Origin: an uncultured Bacteroidota bacterium
GTDB lineage: Bacteria > Bacteroidota > Ignavibacteria > UBA10030 > UBA6906
NCBI GenBank assembly: GCA_963734955.1
Contig: CAVTJO010000010.1
Span: 8,352-72,351 of the forward strand
Direction: 5' to 3'
DNA: 64,000 bases
A model generated the notes under the pieces. The model ran no database searches. It saw only the letters and a list, made by a program, of their open reading frames with translations, and was not told the DNA's origin. Position numbers and translations under genes: made by a program. How positions within the stretch are numbered: the first letter of the stretch is position 1; each line of letters starts with the position of its first letter. Below, piece after piece: positions 31,191-41,091 of this stretch.

Positions 31191-32342
31191 TCAAAAGAGT
31201 TGAAAGCCTGCCGACTCAGCCGAAAGCCTCTGGTTTGCCCGCCTCACTGCATATTCGTGGCTGTCGAAGAAGTGTGAATCATTGTTGGGCTTGTTGTAGC
31301 TCAGTAGATAGAATAACCAATACACTGTTCTCCAGTCTGATGTGGCAGTCGTAAAATATGCAAGCTGCTCTGTCGGAGGTTTGGGCCGAGCCCATCCCTT
31401 GTATTCCAACCGACGAAGCAGCTGCCAAAGATGGATCTTGGAGCTACAACCAAAGTGGCAGAACGTCCTGCACCCGAGGTTCACGTCATTCAAATTGTGG
31501 ATGCTCCGCGCCGCACCATCCCAGCCAGCGTTCAGAACGATCGTGGCGCCATACCCCCAATAGCTGTCGGAAGGGGAAGTGAAACCGGCCTTTACCTGGC
31601 CGGCGAGTTCTGGTTTGATCTTTATTGGCAGTAGTGTTCTTCGTGCTTCCGGATGGCGACTCATGGGGTGCTGAGCTTCATTCGGGGGTTTCGGCAACTC
31701 GACGGGGATCGGCCTGCAGGTATATTTGTGGTGTTCCAGGTCCTCAATCTCAACCGGCACAAACGGATACCCCATGCGAAAGATGCCGTTGTCCTTGTGG
31801 GTCCCCTCTTCCCACTGTTCGCCAGTCATGTTACACTCCTTAGCGTACTGGTCGAAGCATGGACCGCGTCCATATCGTGCATGACCGCTATATACAACAA
31901 TAAGCTCCGGCGTCTCCAGTGCTTTCTTATAGTCCGAAAGCGAATACACAAGCCGGAACTTATAATGTACTCCCTGATCATAATTGATGTACTCCGCCGC
32001 CTTTCGATCCCCGGAGACTTTGAAGTCCGGAGAAAGTTTCTCTTCGAGAAACAAGATATCAGAGTATTGTTTCGCGCGCGCTATCCTGTTCTTTATCTGC
32101 TGTGCCCTCTGCGCATCAGTGCCCCATGTGTTCTTGGCAAGGGACTTAAGCACCGGATCGGTTTTGTAGGCAGCAGGATCCGCATCCAGTTTGTCCGAAT
32201 ATGCCTGTAGCATGTTATTATGCGCGGCAATGTCGGATTCATGGAACTGCACACCTTCAGCAATGACGATCTCCCTCACTTCCAAGGTGGAAACAAAACT
32301 GAACGGAGATCCGGTCGAGCCGCTGTTTGGTTCGCCGCTCAT
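31191..32342 (-). CDS. Putative T6SS effector with clan CD (caspase/CHAT-like) His-Cys peptidase pattern
   Basis: LIVVYSGHARYG ... TFCHFGCSS; no signal peptide; ATGA-coupled to the upstream gene. Confidence 0.5.
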   Translation of the reverse strand: MSGEPNSGSTGSPFSFVSTLEVREIVIAEGVQFHESDIAAHNNMLQAYSDKLDADPAAYKTDPVLKSLAKNTWGTDAQRAQQIKNRIARAKQYSDILFLEEKLSPDFKVSGDRKAAEYINYDQGVHYKFRLVYSLSDYKKALETPELIVVYSGHARYGRGPCFDQYAKECNMTGEQWEEGTHKDNGIFRMGYPFVPVEIEDLEHHKYTCRPIPVELPKPPNEAQHPMSRHPEARRTLLPIKIKPELAGQVKAGFTSPSDSYWGYGATIVLNAGWDGAARSIHNLNDVNLGCRTFCHFGCSSKIHLWQLLRRLEYKGWARPKPPTEQLAYFTTATSDWRTVYWLFYLLSYNKPNNDSHFFDSHEYAVRRANQRLSAESAGFQLF

Positions 32343-33220
32343 GCTTTCCCTGCTTCTCCAACCAGTGGACCAGCACCTTCAACTTCAATAACGTAGGCAC
32401 CCGGTGGCGCAGAGTGGACTCTGGCGTGTCCATCCGCATCTAACTTTCCATTTTCCTTTCGTCCATCAGCGAACGTAATGGTGAAGTTACGATCCGCAAT
32501 CGGATTGTGCTTTGAGTCTTTCACCGTAAATTCCACCCAGTCCCTGAACTCCAGCAGCCCCGATTCACCTGTCACTTCTCCCACTCTTACGCGGAAGAAA
32601 TACTCGGGTGGGCTGTACTTCTTGCCCGCAGGCTGCAACTCAGCATGCGTCGGGATGTCGTCCGTGTCCTCGTGATACTCATACTCCCACTCGGCTTCGA
32701 CCTTCTTGTTTTTCACCTGGACCGGAAATTTAGTGACAAAGTCATGCGCGCCATCTGCATCGTGTTCCCAGATTTCGATCATCGTTTCAACCCCATCCGG
32801 AACTCCCTTCACATCGGCGGTGAGCTTGAGGATGTCTCCTCGTTGGGCTTCCTTCTTGTCCCACTTAGCATTGGTAATCTGCACCGGGGGAAGAACGATA
32901 AGTGGTCCGGACTTCTGGCTCAGGCCGTGTTTGGAGAGCTTCACTGTCGCGTAGAGTTCCTCCTTCGCATCTGCCGGGACCATCACTGGCGCCCAAAAAT
33001 GATTGCCGTGAATTTTGTCTGAGAAGGTGCCATGATTCTTTCCGGATTTGTTCGTCAACTCGATCTTCAGATCGGAGTTGTTGCCGACGTAGTGGGTGAA
33101 CACTTCCAAACCGACACTCCCTCCCGGTGCAGCAGCACGACGCGTCCAGTACACCTGTTGGATGCTGGATTCAAGCTTGACCTTCTTTACTTCACCGGTT
33201 TTACCTGAATGCTCGGCCAT
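32339..33220 (-). CDS. Stand-alone Ig-like + transthyretin-like (TTR) adaptor, paralog of the PAAR C-terminal extension
   Basis: AKW...KVEAEWEY...EYFF...SGLL..DWVEF..KD...GKLDADGHAR...PPG matches the PAAR-protein tail. Confidence 0.7.
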   Translation of the reverse strand: MAEHSGKTGEVKKVKLESSIQQVYWTRRAAAPGGSVGLEVFTHYVGNNSDLKIELTNKSGKNHGTFSDKIHGNHFWAPVMVPADAKEELYATVKLSKHGLSQKSGPLIVLPPVQITNAKWDKKEAQRGDILKLTADVKGVPDGVETMIEIWEHDADGAHDFVTKFPVQVKNKKVEAEWEYEYHEDTDDIPTHAELQPAGKKYSPPEYFFRVRVGEVTGESGLLEFRDWVEFTVKDSKHNPIADRNFTITFADGRKENGKLDADGHARVHSAPPGAYVIEVEGAGPLVGEAGKA

Positions 33221-33247
33221 CGTTTAATCAGGATAAGTGTCTGGGTA

Positions 33248-34420
33248 TTATTCGATTTTGATGAGTGAATCCTCTGTGGCAACAACGATCTTCCCTTCCG
33301 GGGTTGCAATGGGAGGAGCGGACACGGGCTTTCCCAGAGCAACCTCGAACACCGGCTGCCCGGCGGAGTCGATGAGAACGACCGTCCCCCCACCGCTCGC
33401 AATCAGGAAGCCATTTCCCAGAGCGGTTGCATACGTGAAGTCTACTCCGGCACGATCAAAGGTCCACACGATTTTCCCTTCCCGCACTGCAATAATGTGT
33501 GACGCTACCACATACACGAACGACATTCCCACGATGGGAGGGAACCTGCCGGTTTGAAGTCGATGGAGACTCAACCCGGGAAGCCTGAGGCGCGATTGAA
33601 CCTTACCCCCTGGTTCGAGAACGGAAAGTTCAGGCTCGTCCTCGTTTGTGCCAAGAACATAAATGTCTCCACCCGGGTCTGCGCTTGCGACAAGAGGGTT
33701 ATCCATCGGGATCGGGATCCTCTTCACTTCAGCCCCTGAGTTGGCACCAATCATAATAGCCTCCTGCTTGAACACGGCGAGCAGATCCTTCTCCTTGATG
33801 AACAGTGGCGTCATCTTCTGAATGCCATCATACTCAAGCTCCCAGGTTGACAGGCCGCTTCCATATTCGGTGCCGAGAACAAACACCTGTGGCGGGGGCT
33901 CGTGTACTCCCCCAAGAGCCTGAACGACCGCAGTGAAGCCCCTGGGTTGCGGGACCAAAAGGGAGACGGGAAACTGGTTGTCCGGCACCTCAGGGATATA
34001 GTCATTAAGAGTCTTTTCCTTCCCTTCCATCGTGATGGTGTTGAGTTGGTACTTAACCGTAATGTAGTAGGCGTATGACTCGTTGATGCTTACCGGCAAA
34101 CCATTGGCTTTTTCCCGTTGCCAGATCAGATTCCCCTTGTCGGAATACAGGGCAATGCCGGATGCCGTCTCGACCAACACGTTGTCACCCCACGGCATCA
34201 AGAACATGGGGCGTGACTTGAGCTTGAGCGGACGTGCCCAGGCGACGTGACCTTGAGCTGTCGCGACGACCGGACAAAACGAACTCTGTCGGAAATCAGC
34301 GAATCGGGTGAAATACGGTGATTGCGCCATTGTGTTTTCTCTATTAGAATTTTCCCGTGGCTCACGGTCGGGTGCACAGACCGACAGACACACAAGCAAC
34401 ATCAACATCGCACGTTCCAT
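33248..34420 (-). CDS. PQQ-like beta-propeller protein with putative signal peptide, candidate immunity protein
   Basis: Repeated G..xW blades (GHVAW, GNLIW, GLSTW, GKIVW), SAPPIATPEGKIVVAT; hydrophobic MLMLLVCLSVC leader. Start uncertain. Confidence 0.65.
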   Translation of the reverse strand: MERAMLMLLVCLSVCAPDREPRENSNRENTMAQSPYFTRFADFRQSSFCPVVATAQGHVAWARPLKLKSRPMFLMPWGDNVLVETASGIALYSDKGNLIWQREKANGLPVSINESYAYYITVKYQLNTITMEGKEKTLNDYIPEVPDNQFPVSLLVPQPRGFTAVVQALGGVHEPPPQVFVLGTEYGSGLSTWELEYDGIQKMTPLFIKEKDLLAVFKQEAIMIGANSGAEVKRIPIPMDNPLVASADPGGDIYVLGTNEDEPELSVLEPGGKVQSRLRLPGLSLHRLQTGRFPPIVGMSFVYVVASHIIAVREGKIVWTFDRAGVDFTYATALGNGFLIASGGGTVVLIDSAGQPVFEVALGKPVSAPPIATPEGKIVVATEDSLIKIE

Positions 34421-34433
34421 CGGCAGCCATGAG

Positions 34434-37400
34434 CTAAATATTGTGAAATGTAAATGTGCCGTTTGCAACCGCCGGTCCCTGCACCCATGTTTTGATCACA
34501 CCGAGATCAGCAGAGGTCAGACCCGCCAGTGTCGCATCCTTCCCAAAAAAATATCTGATGATCTTCCTGTTATCACAATTGTTCCCAACGTTCACGGTCT
34601 TGCCACTTGTGCTGAAGCCGGATGAATTATCCTTCGTGACAACAACCCTGAAGTGATGCGCAGCGCTCGAGGCACCTGTTACCACCTCGCCATGTGGCAT
34701 GAAACGGATGTAGATGTTTGCAAAGTCATTTTTGGGATCCGAGCATTCCAGACGGTATTTTGCATCCAGCATTTGCCGGAAGTCCCTGTCAAGACGTTGG
34801 AACCACTGACGTTTCTGGGCAGCTGTCCAATTGGATGCACCGTCGACAAAAACAGCAGAAATGTTGGTCCGCACAACCAGCAAACCTTTGTATGTTTGTC
34901 CCGCAGTAATTGCATGGGCAAATTCATCGTCGCCGAGCTTATAGAGAAGCAGATCATCGGTCGACCCGCCTCCGAAGGAGTGGTTAATCTCCTGAGCCGC
35001 AGGTTTGTAGATATTCCTGTATCGTGCCGGAATGAGGGAGAACTTCAGATCCTTAAGCGATGACGCCAAATTCCGTCCCCTTGAGGAAAGGGTGGAGTGC
35101 CTTTCCGGCTTTGCCGAAGTCATTCAGCCAGTTGACCCGACCCCACATGTGACGCATCCGGGTTGCGTGATTCCCCGTCATCAATGCGAGGTTGTCGATC
35201 GAATACGGCATGCCGGGATAGTACTGAGTGAACTTCGGGACGGGTGAAAAGCCGCTGACGCTGGAAACATATTCGTCATCGAGACCGGATGCATGCCCCA
35301 GTTCGTGGGCCACGGTCAACCTCTTTGTTGTGCTGCCATCATAGTCTGCAACCGTATTGAGTGGATCATCCGGGTCGCCGGGACTGCTGCCGAACGGTTT
35401 GCTCTCGTCTGCATATCCGCTCGTACGAAACTGCGCCGTGTTAATTGCCATCCAGCTTCCCTGAGCATCGCTCACCAGCGTCACAAGGCACTTGTGTTTT
35501 CCTCCGCGCTGGATGGTACCTCCCGCTGCAACGCTGATGTCCTGTTTTGCCTCAAAAAGAGAAAAGGGTCTTATCAGAATTTCTTCACTGCCGTTGACTT
35601 TTTCAACCTGATAATCCTTGGCCGCATGCCGCTCCATGGCATTTTGAAATCCCTTGGTTTCGTAATGGACTCGATCTGTCGCAGTTCCACCGTTGCCCGC
35701 ATCAACCTTAAACCGACCTGACCAATACAGCACAAGGGCGCTGACAATCTTCTTGTCGGAGAGCCCGCATCCGTGGAGGTAATACAGATCAAAATTGCCG
35801 CAATCCTTGGCTACATAGTCGCTCGTGACATCGGCACTCCCCGTACTGCCAATAATGGCTTTGGATCCACTTACATCAGCATCATTGATTCTGGCAGCAC
35901 GGGCACCAAGAATATGATCCTTGGAGAAATCGAACCCAGCAACATTCTCGGTCCGACGCTTGCTAATGTGATAGAAGTCGGAGCAAAACACCACAGCACA
36001 GCTCGCACCATGCAAATCGCTGATGAGATTTTCCTTGAACGCCACGTCGGAGTGATACGCACCGTCCGCCTTCGCTTTGTGAACTTTGACCTTAAATTTG
36101 TCGTCGGGGTCCAGGAAGAGAATACATACGCGAGAGTTTTCCGAAAGCGCAACCGGATTGTCACTGCCATCCTTATCCTGAATGGCCTGCTTCCCGGTCG
36201 CATCGACGAGGACGACATCATCGAGGGAGAAGAGCAGCGGTTTGTCCGGCGTTGTTATTGCACCTCCGAATGGCTTCAGTTTCTTGTCGTCCTTGACCAC
36301 CTTCTCGAAGCGGTTTCCCGTACCCATGTTTCCGTCATAGCGGGTCCAGTAGTTCTGTGATGACCAATGTGGCGGCAGATCGTAGTACTTGAATCGCTCG
36401 GTAAACGGCAGCACCTTTATATTGTCGGATGTTTCCTTCTTAAAAACCGGCGTCGCACTCTTATCCTTCGTGTACAGCCATGTTTGATCCGCCTTGAACT
36501 CGAAGTGAACGGTTTTCCGCGCAGAATCATTCAAGGGGGTCTCGTACTGCACTTTGAGACTGTAGACACCGTTTTTCCATTTCGCCTCGGTCTTAAGTTC
36601 CTTCGTCCCATTCTCGAACGCCTGTATCTGCAGGCCATCGGGAACATCCATCCATTTGTTCGTCACGCGATTAAAATACTTGAACCCAATGTGATAAACC
36701 ACGGCATACAAATCAGCCGGGTCGATATAGAGGGGAACAAAATGAAACGGATGGTAGATGGGGCATTCGCTTGCCTTGTGAACCTTCTCAATCTGCGCCG
36801 GACAATTCAGAACCGGGACCTCATCCTTGTCGAAGAACAGTATCTCCACCCTTCGGTTTTGTTGAGAGCGGTAATTGTCCTTCTCGGCCGACTGTATCGG
36901 GAACGACTCCCCGCATCCGACAAAGCGTTTTTCGTCTGAAACAAAATTCAATCCATGCCGGAGACTTTCAAGATCATCAGCGGATACACTCAGCGTATTG
37001 GCGATATCCTCGCTGTAGATGTCGTAGACTGCTTCCAACATCTCCCTGGTCCATCGTTTCCTGGCATCATTGCGAACGGCAGTACTCGCCGTTCCAGGAA
37101 TCCTTGCACGCGCATGTTTGTCGGCAAACTCCGAGTTGTAATATTGGATGAAGTTGTTCGTCGCCTTCTCGGTATCGTCTCCCCAGTTGTTGTCGACCTT
37201 GACCGGATTGCAGGGCCATTTCCGGCTCTTGAACACATACATCAGGATTTGCTGGTAATCTTCAATCCTGTGCCTGTTGTGACTTACAGTTGCCCAGTCC
37301 TCTCGCTCGCCGGTTAACAGATACAGGATATTCTTCGCCCTCAGATCGGAAAGCTCGAAGTTATATTTTGCCTGGCCGGAGGTGTCGGTGTGGCCTGCGA

Positions 37401-37707
37401 CGAGAATTCGCTTGTCCGGATCGAATTCCACCTGTTTGAACACCAACGCAAGCGCTTTTACGCCGGTTATCCTATCCTGCAACTCCTTGATTCCTGTTTG
37501 GGGTCCCGATGCACCGTCCGTCGACGATTTTCCCGACGGACGCTCCGGCATCATGACCGAACTGTCGAGATGAAAAAGGACATCCTCCATCTCAAGGACG
37601 TGAACGTCGATCTTCTTCAGAATCAACTCCACGGTCCGGTGCGAAAACGTTGACGATTTCCCCAGGATCTCGCGGAAGATGACGCTTTGTTCGACTGTAG
37701 GATCCAT
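34434..37707 (-). CDS. About 1090-aa OmpA-like domain + zinc metallopeptidase protein (putative effector), one +1 indel at about 35055
   Basis: ILVAGHTDTSG...NFELSDLRA...NRRVEI (OmpA-like, with a large insert); VAHELGHASGLDDEY. Removing one T in GCTTAAG fuses ORF 35053..37734 with 34434..35123. Confidence 0.72.
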
Positions 37708-37717
37708 GCCGCGGGCC

Positions 37718-38794
37718 TTATAGCCGTGGGTCAATCTTGATCAGTATCCTGCCGGGGGGAACCTTTTCCAGTTTTGCCTTCCCACTCCCGTCAAACGTTC
37801 CCTGACGCACTTCGCCGCTGCTGAGAAACGCAGTATACTTCTTGTTCCCAATTGATTTTCCGTCGTTATCTTTGAGATGAATCTCTGCCCAATCCCCGCA
37901 TGAAAGCAACCCGGAGCGAGCTTTCACATTCTGGACGAGGGCCTCGAAATAGTAGGTAGGGTAAGAGTATTGCGTAATCTCAGTGTCCTCCTGCTTTCCA
38001 CCTGTCTCCGGCACCGGGTATTCCCATTCAGCTTCGAGCTTGTTTCCTCGAACTGTCACACTGATTTCAGTGACCATTGTATCCGGTCCCTGGATGTCGC
38101 GCTTGAAAATCATCAGCGAAGCCTGGCTTCCGTCCTTGAATCCCTCCGTCTGAGCTTGAAGCTTGATCTTCTCCCCCACGGGAACGTAGTCCTTCGCCCA
38201 CTTCGCATCATATACGCCCATCAGCTCGACCTTGCAGTTCCCTTTGTTCATGGCATCCCGCCCAACGCGACCATCAGGACGGAGGATGCTGAAGGACTCC
38301 TTGCCGTCCGAGTCTGTAAACTTGTACGGCATTCCACTGACAGGCTTCCCGGCCTTGTCGGTGAACTGAAATTCCACCCAATGTTCGATCTTCTTGAAGG
38401 ACTCCACATTTTCGGTGGCCGCAGTCGCCGCACTCGCCGCAGCCGCAGCAGCAGCACTGCTCCCGGCTCCCCCCCCGCTTGCACTACCTGAACCGCCTTC
38501 TCCAATGAGGACTGTCGGACATCCCATCAGAATCGTTGCCGGTGGTCCAACACAGGTCGCCATATCACCCATACGCGCAGCAGGCTGCCCACCGATGAGA
38601 ACCATCGGACTCCCGAGGATGATCGGTCCACCGACATGCGGGATTGGCGGCACAGCCGGTGTCATCATCGGACACATGTGCATGTCGCCCAGACGTGCGG
38701 CGGGCATGCCTCCAATGAGAACCATTGGGAACCCCAATGTGATCACACCGCCATGGGCAGTTGGATCGCCCAGACGCGCTGCAGGCTTACCCAT
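37718..38794 (-). CDS. PAAR-domain spike tip protein with TTR-Ig-TTR C-terminal extension
   Basis: Three PAAR motifs (KPAARLGD, MPAARLGD, QPAARMGD), G/A linker, then WVEFQFTDKAGKPV..Y.....G and WAEIHLKD TTR-like units. Confidence 0.93.
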   Translation of the reverse strand: MGKPAARLGDPTAHGGVITLGFPMVLIGGMPAARLGDMHMCPMMTPAVPPIPHVGGPIILGSPMVLIGGQPAARMGDMATCVGPPATILMGCPTVLIGEGGSGSASGGGAGSSAAAAAAASAATAATENVESFKKIEHWVEFQFTDKAGKPVSGMPYKFTDSDGKESFSILRPDGRVGRDAMNKGNCKVELMGVYDAKWAKDYVPVGEKIKLQAQTEGFKDGSQASLMIFKRDIQGPDTMVTEISVTVRGNKLEAEWEYPVPETGGKQEDTEITQYSYPTYYFEALVQNVKARSGLLSCGDWAEIHLKDNDGKSIGNKKYTAFLSSGEVRQGTFDGSGKAKLEKVPPGRILIKIDPRL

Positions 38795-38854
38795 GATTGT
38801 CCAGGATTTGGTGCTCGGAATTCAACAGACAACCTCGAATTCTTTTGACATGTT

Positions 38855-40987
38855 TCAATTGATCATAACCGGCATTCCCTTGATCGTGTTGGGTCCGGTC
38901 GATTGCACCGTCACCAGGGAACCTTTAACCTGAAGATTGACGCCAGCCTCGACAGTGGTGTTGAGTCCCTTGATCTCATGCGTCGTGGAGGCCTCGGTTT
39001 TCACCGTCATTCCCTTCGACTCACACGCCATCTTTGCCTCCTGCTTGATATTCGACGCATTGACCTTGTAGTCGGTTTTTGCCTCCGACTGGATATTCGC
39101 CGCCTTGATCTTCGTGTCACCGTCGGTCTCAATGTTCAGTGTTGTTGCCTTGATGTCAATGGTTCCCTTGGGAGCATGGAAATCAATGCTTCCTTCGTCT
39201 GTCTTGATCACAAGCTTCTTGTTTGTAATGTCGATGATGAATGTATTCTTCTTTTCTTTATCCGAAAGCGTAATCATCTCGCTTCCGGATGCGTCGTTGA
39301 TGGTGACGAAGTGGCCGTTCTTGCTCTGGATTGTGATCTTCGTATTCTTGTCATCCATGATGATCTGATGACCGTCGGTCGTCTTGACTGAGATGTTCTG
39401 ATTCTTATCATCCATTGTCACCACATGTTTCTTTGTTGTAACGATATCGATCTTGTCATCCTTATCGTCGAGCAACAGAGTATGGGCGTCAGTCGTCTTG
39501 AGAGAAATGTGTGTCTCATCCTTCAGATCGTCCATCACCATCTCATTGCCGGCAGCGGTGCGAATCACGTTATGGGATTTGTTCTGGGCAACGACCGGCG
39601 AATTCTGCGAGGGGTTCGGCACAGACGAAAGCCCAAGGGGACGATCGACATTTCCGTCGATGCATGCCCACACGAGCTCGGCACCGGCGTGAACCGGAAA
39701 GTGCATTCCGTAGCCCGCGCCGGTGTACGGTTGCGCAAGCCTGATTGCCCTGGAAGCTTTCCCTTGTCCCGCGCTGCCCATGTCGAACGGCATCTTTACT
39801 CTGTAACGACCGTCTTCATCGAGATAGGCGTACTCACCACCGGCGGACTCCACCTTTGCCGTCATGATCCCCGGGATGCGCGGCTCGGGCGTGATTCGAG
39901 GCGGACGATATTGCACATCAGCGGGAATGCAGGTAAACTGGTTCTTGTACGATGGACTGGTGCCACCCGCTCCTCCCGCCGAACCAATCCCGCCACCCTG
40001 CGACGCCGTATGTGTCACCTGGGTAATGAGGTAATCACCGTTCAACGCACTGCGGTAGTGCCGGCTCAATGTGAATTTGTATCCGGCGTGAAACCCCCGG
40101 CAGTCTCCGCCTCCCACCACTACCCGCCGGGCAGCCTCGATCTCTTCGTTGCGAATTTTGGCAAGCACCTTCCCTTCGCTTGCGGTCTTGAAGTGCTCGC
40201 CATACTCGTAGTACATGCCGGGACTTTTACTGTCCATCTGGGACTCGGCGGAGAGGCTCGTTTCCGGTGTGCGATAGTTATAATCTTTCAGCACCACCTT
40301 CCCTGTCACGACACGCTCATGCCAGGAGAGTTCGCGAACGGTTTCCTCATCCACATCCGTCCCCTCACCGACATACGACTCGATATCATCCGGGGCTTCG
40401 ATCTTCGGATCGTTCGCATTGTCATCCACAATCACCAGCACATCTTTCCCATTGGAGTGGTCGAAGAAGTAGTACATACCTTCGTACTCCATCAGGCGGC
40501 TGATGAAATTGAGATCGGTTTCGCGGTACTGCGCACAATATTCGCGGGGTTGATATGTCCGCTTTGTCTTGAGGGAGAAATCGTCGTTCGCCAGCCCTGC
40601 ATCTTTCAGAACGTCCTTGATGATATCCGGCACCGATTTGTTTTGGAAGATTCGGCTCTGATAAAAGAGTGAGAGCTTCCACAACCGCGGGACGAGCACC
40701 GCATGGTACTGTGCAAAATCCTTGCTCCGACCCGTTTCTTCCAGCTCGGAGAGAATTCCATGAAGCTCCTTCTTCTCATCATCCCGCCGGATGACAAGCT
40801 TCGCCGGCTTGTTCAGGAAGTCCGGGAGATTGAGATCGGAGTCGATGGGTGCGATCAGTTTGACCTCGAATCGGGACAGTTGCGAAATCGATTCGGCACC
40901 ATAGAACTCTGTGAGTTGAAATGTGCTTTCCGGTTCACCGCCGACTTCGAACCAGAATTGGGCCTCGGATGCGGCATACTCGGGCAT
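38855..40987 (-). CDS. vgrG: T6SS spike protein VgrG (TssI)
   Basis: E.ISQL..F, RIFQNKSVPDII, QYRETDLNFISRLMEYEG, DYNYRTP, DEDGRYRV, GMHFP..G.E...DGNVDRP, gp5-like C-terminal repeats. Confidence 0.97.
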   Translation of the reverse strand: MPEYAASEAQFWFEVGGEPESTFQLTEFYGAESISQLSRFEVKLIAPIDSDLNLPDFLNKPAKLVIRRDDEKKELHGILSELEETGRSKDFAQYHAVLVPRLWKLSLFYQSRIFQNKSVPDIIKDVLKDAGLANDDFSLKTKRTYQPREYCAQYRETDLNFISRLMEYEGMYYFFDHSNGKDVLVIVDDNANDPKIEAPDDIESYVGEGTDVDEETVRELSWHERVVTGKVVLKDYNYRTPETSLSAESQMDSKSPGMYYEYGEHFKTASEGKVLAKIRNEEIEAARRVVVGGGDCRGFHAGYKFTLSRHYRSALNGDYLITQVTHTASQGGGIGSAGGAGGTSPSYKNQFTCIPADVQYRPPRITPEPRIPGIMTAKVESAGGEYAYLDEDGRYRVKMPFDMGSAGQGKASRAIRLAQPYTGAGYGMHFPVHAGAELVWACIDGNVDRPLGLSSVPNPSQNSPVVAQNKSHNVIRTAAGNEMVMDDLKDETHISLKTTDAHTLLLDDKDDKIDIVTTKKHVVTMDDKNQNISVKTTDGHQIIMDDKNTKITIQSKNGHFVTINDASGSEMITLSDKEKKNTFIIDITNKKLVIKTDEGSIDFHAPKGTIDIKATTLNIETDGDTKIKAANIQSEAKTDYKVNASNIKQEAKMACESKGMTVKTEASTTHEIKGLNTTVEAGVNLQVKGSLVTVQSTGPNTIKGMPVMIN

Positions 40988-41091
40988 GGCGTTCTCTCTT
41001 GGTTGGTAGTATCACTGAGCAATAATTCCGGCTCTCGATAATCGAGATCCAATCGCTACATTCTGTCTCGCCACTTAGGCGGATGGTCGTC

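Noticed and set aside
38415-38500. GCA/GCC-rich low-complexity tract
   Set aside because: Encodes the Gly/Ala linker after the PAAR domain.
38860-39560. Repeats in the VgrG C-terminus as a novel domain
   Set aside because: Ordinary gp5-like beta-helix repeats; no evolved toxin domain.
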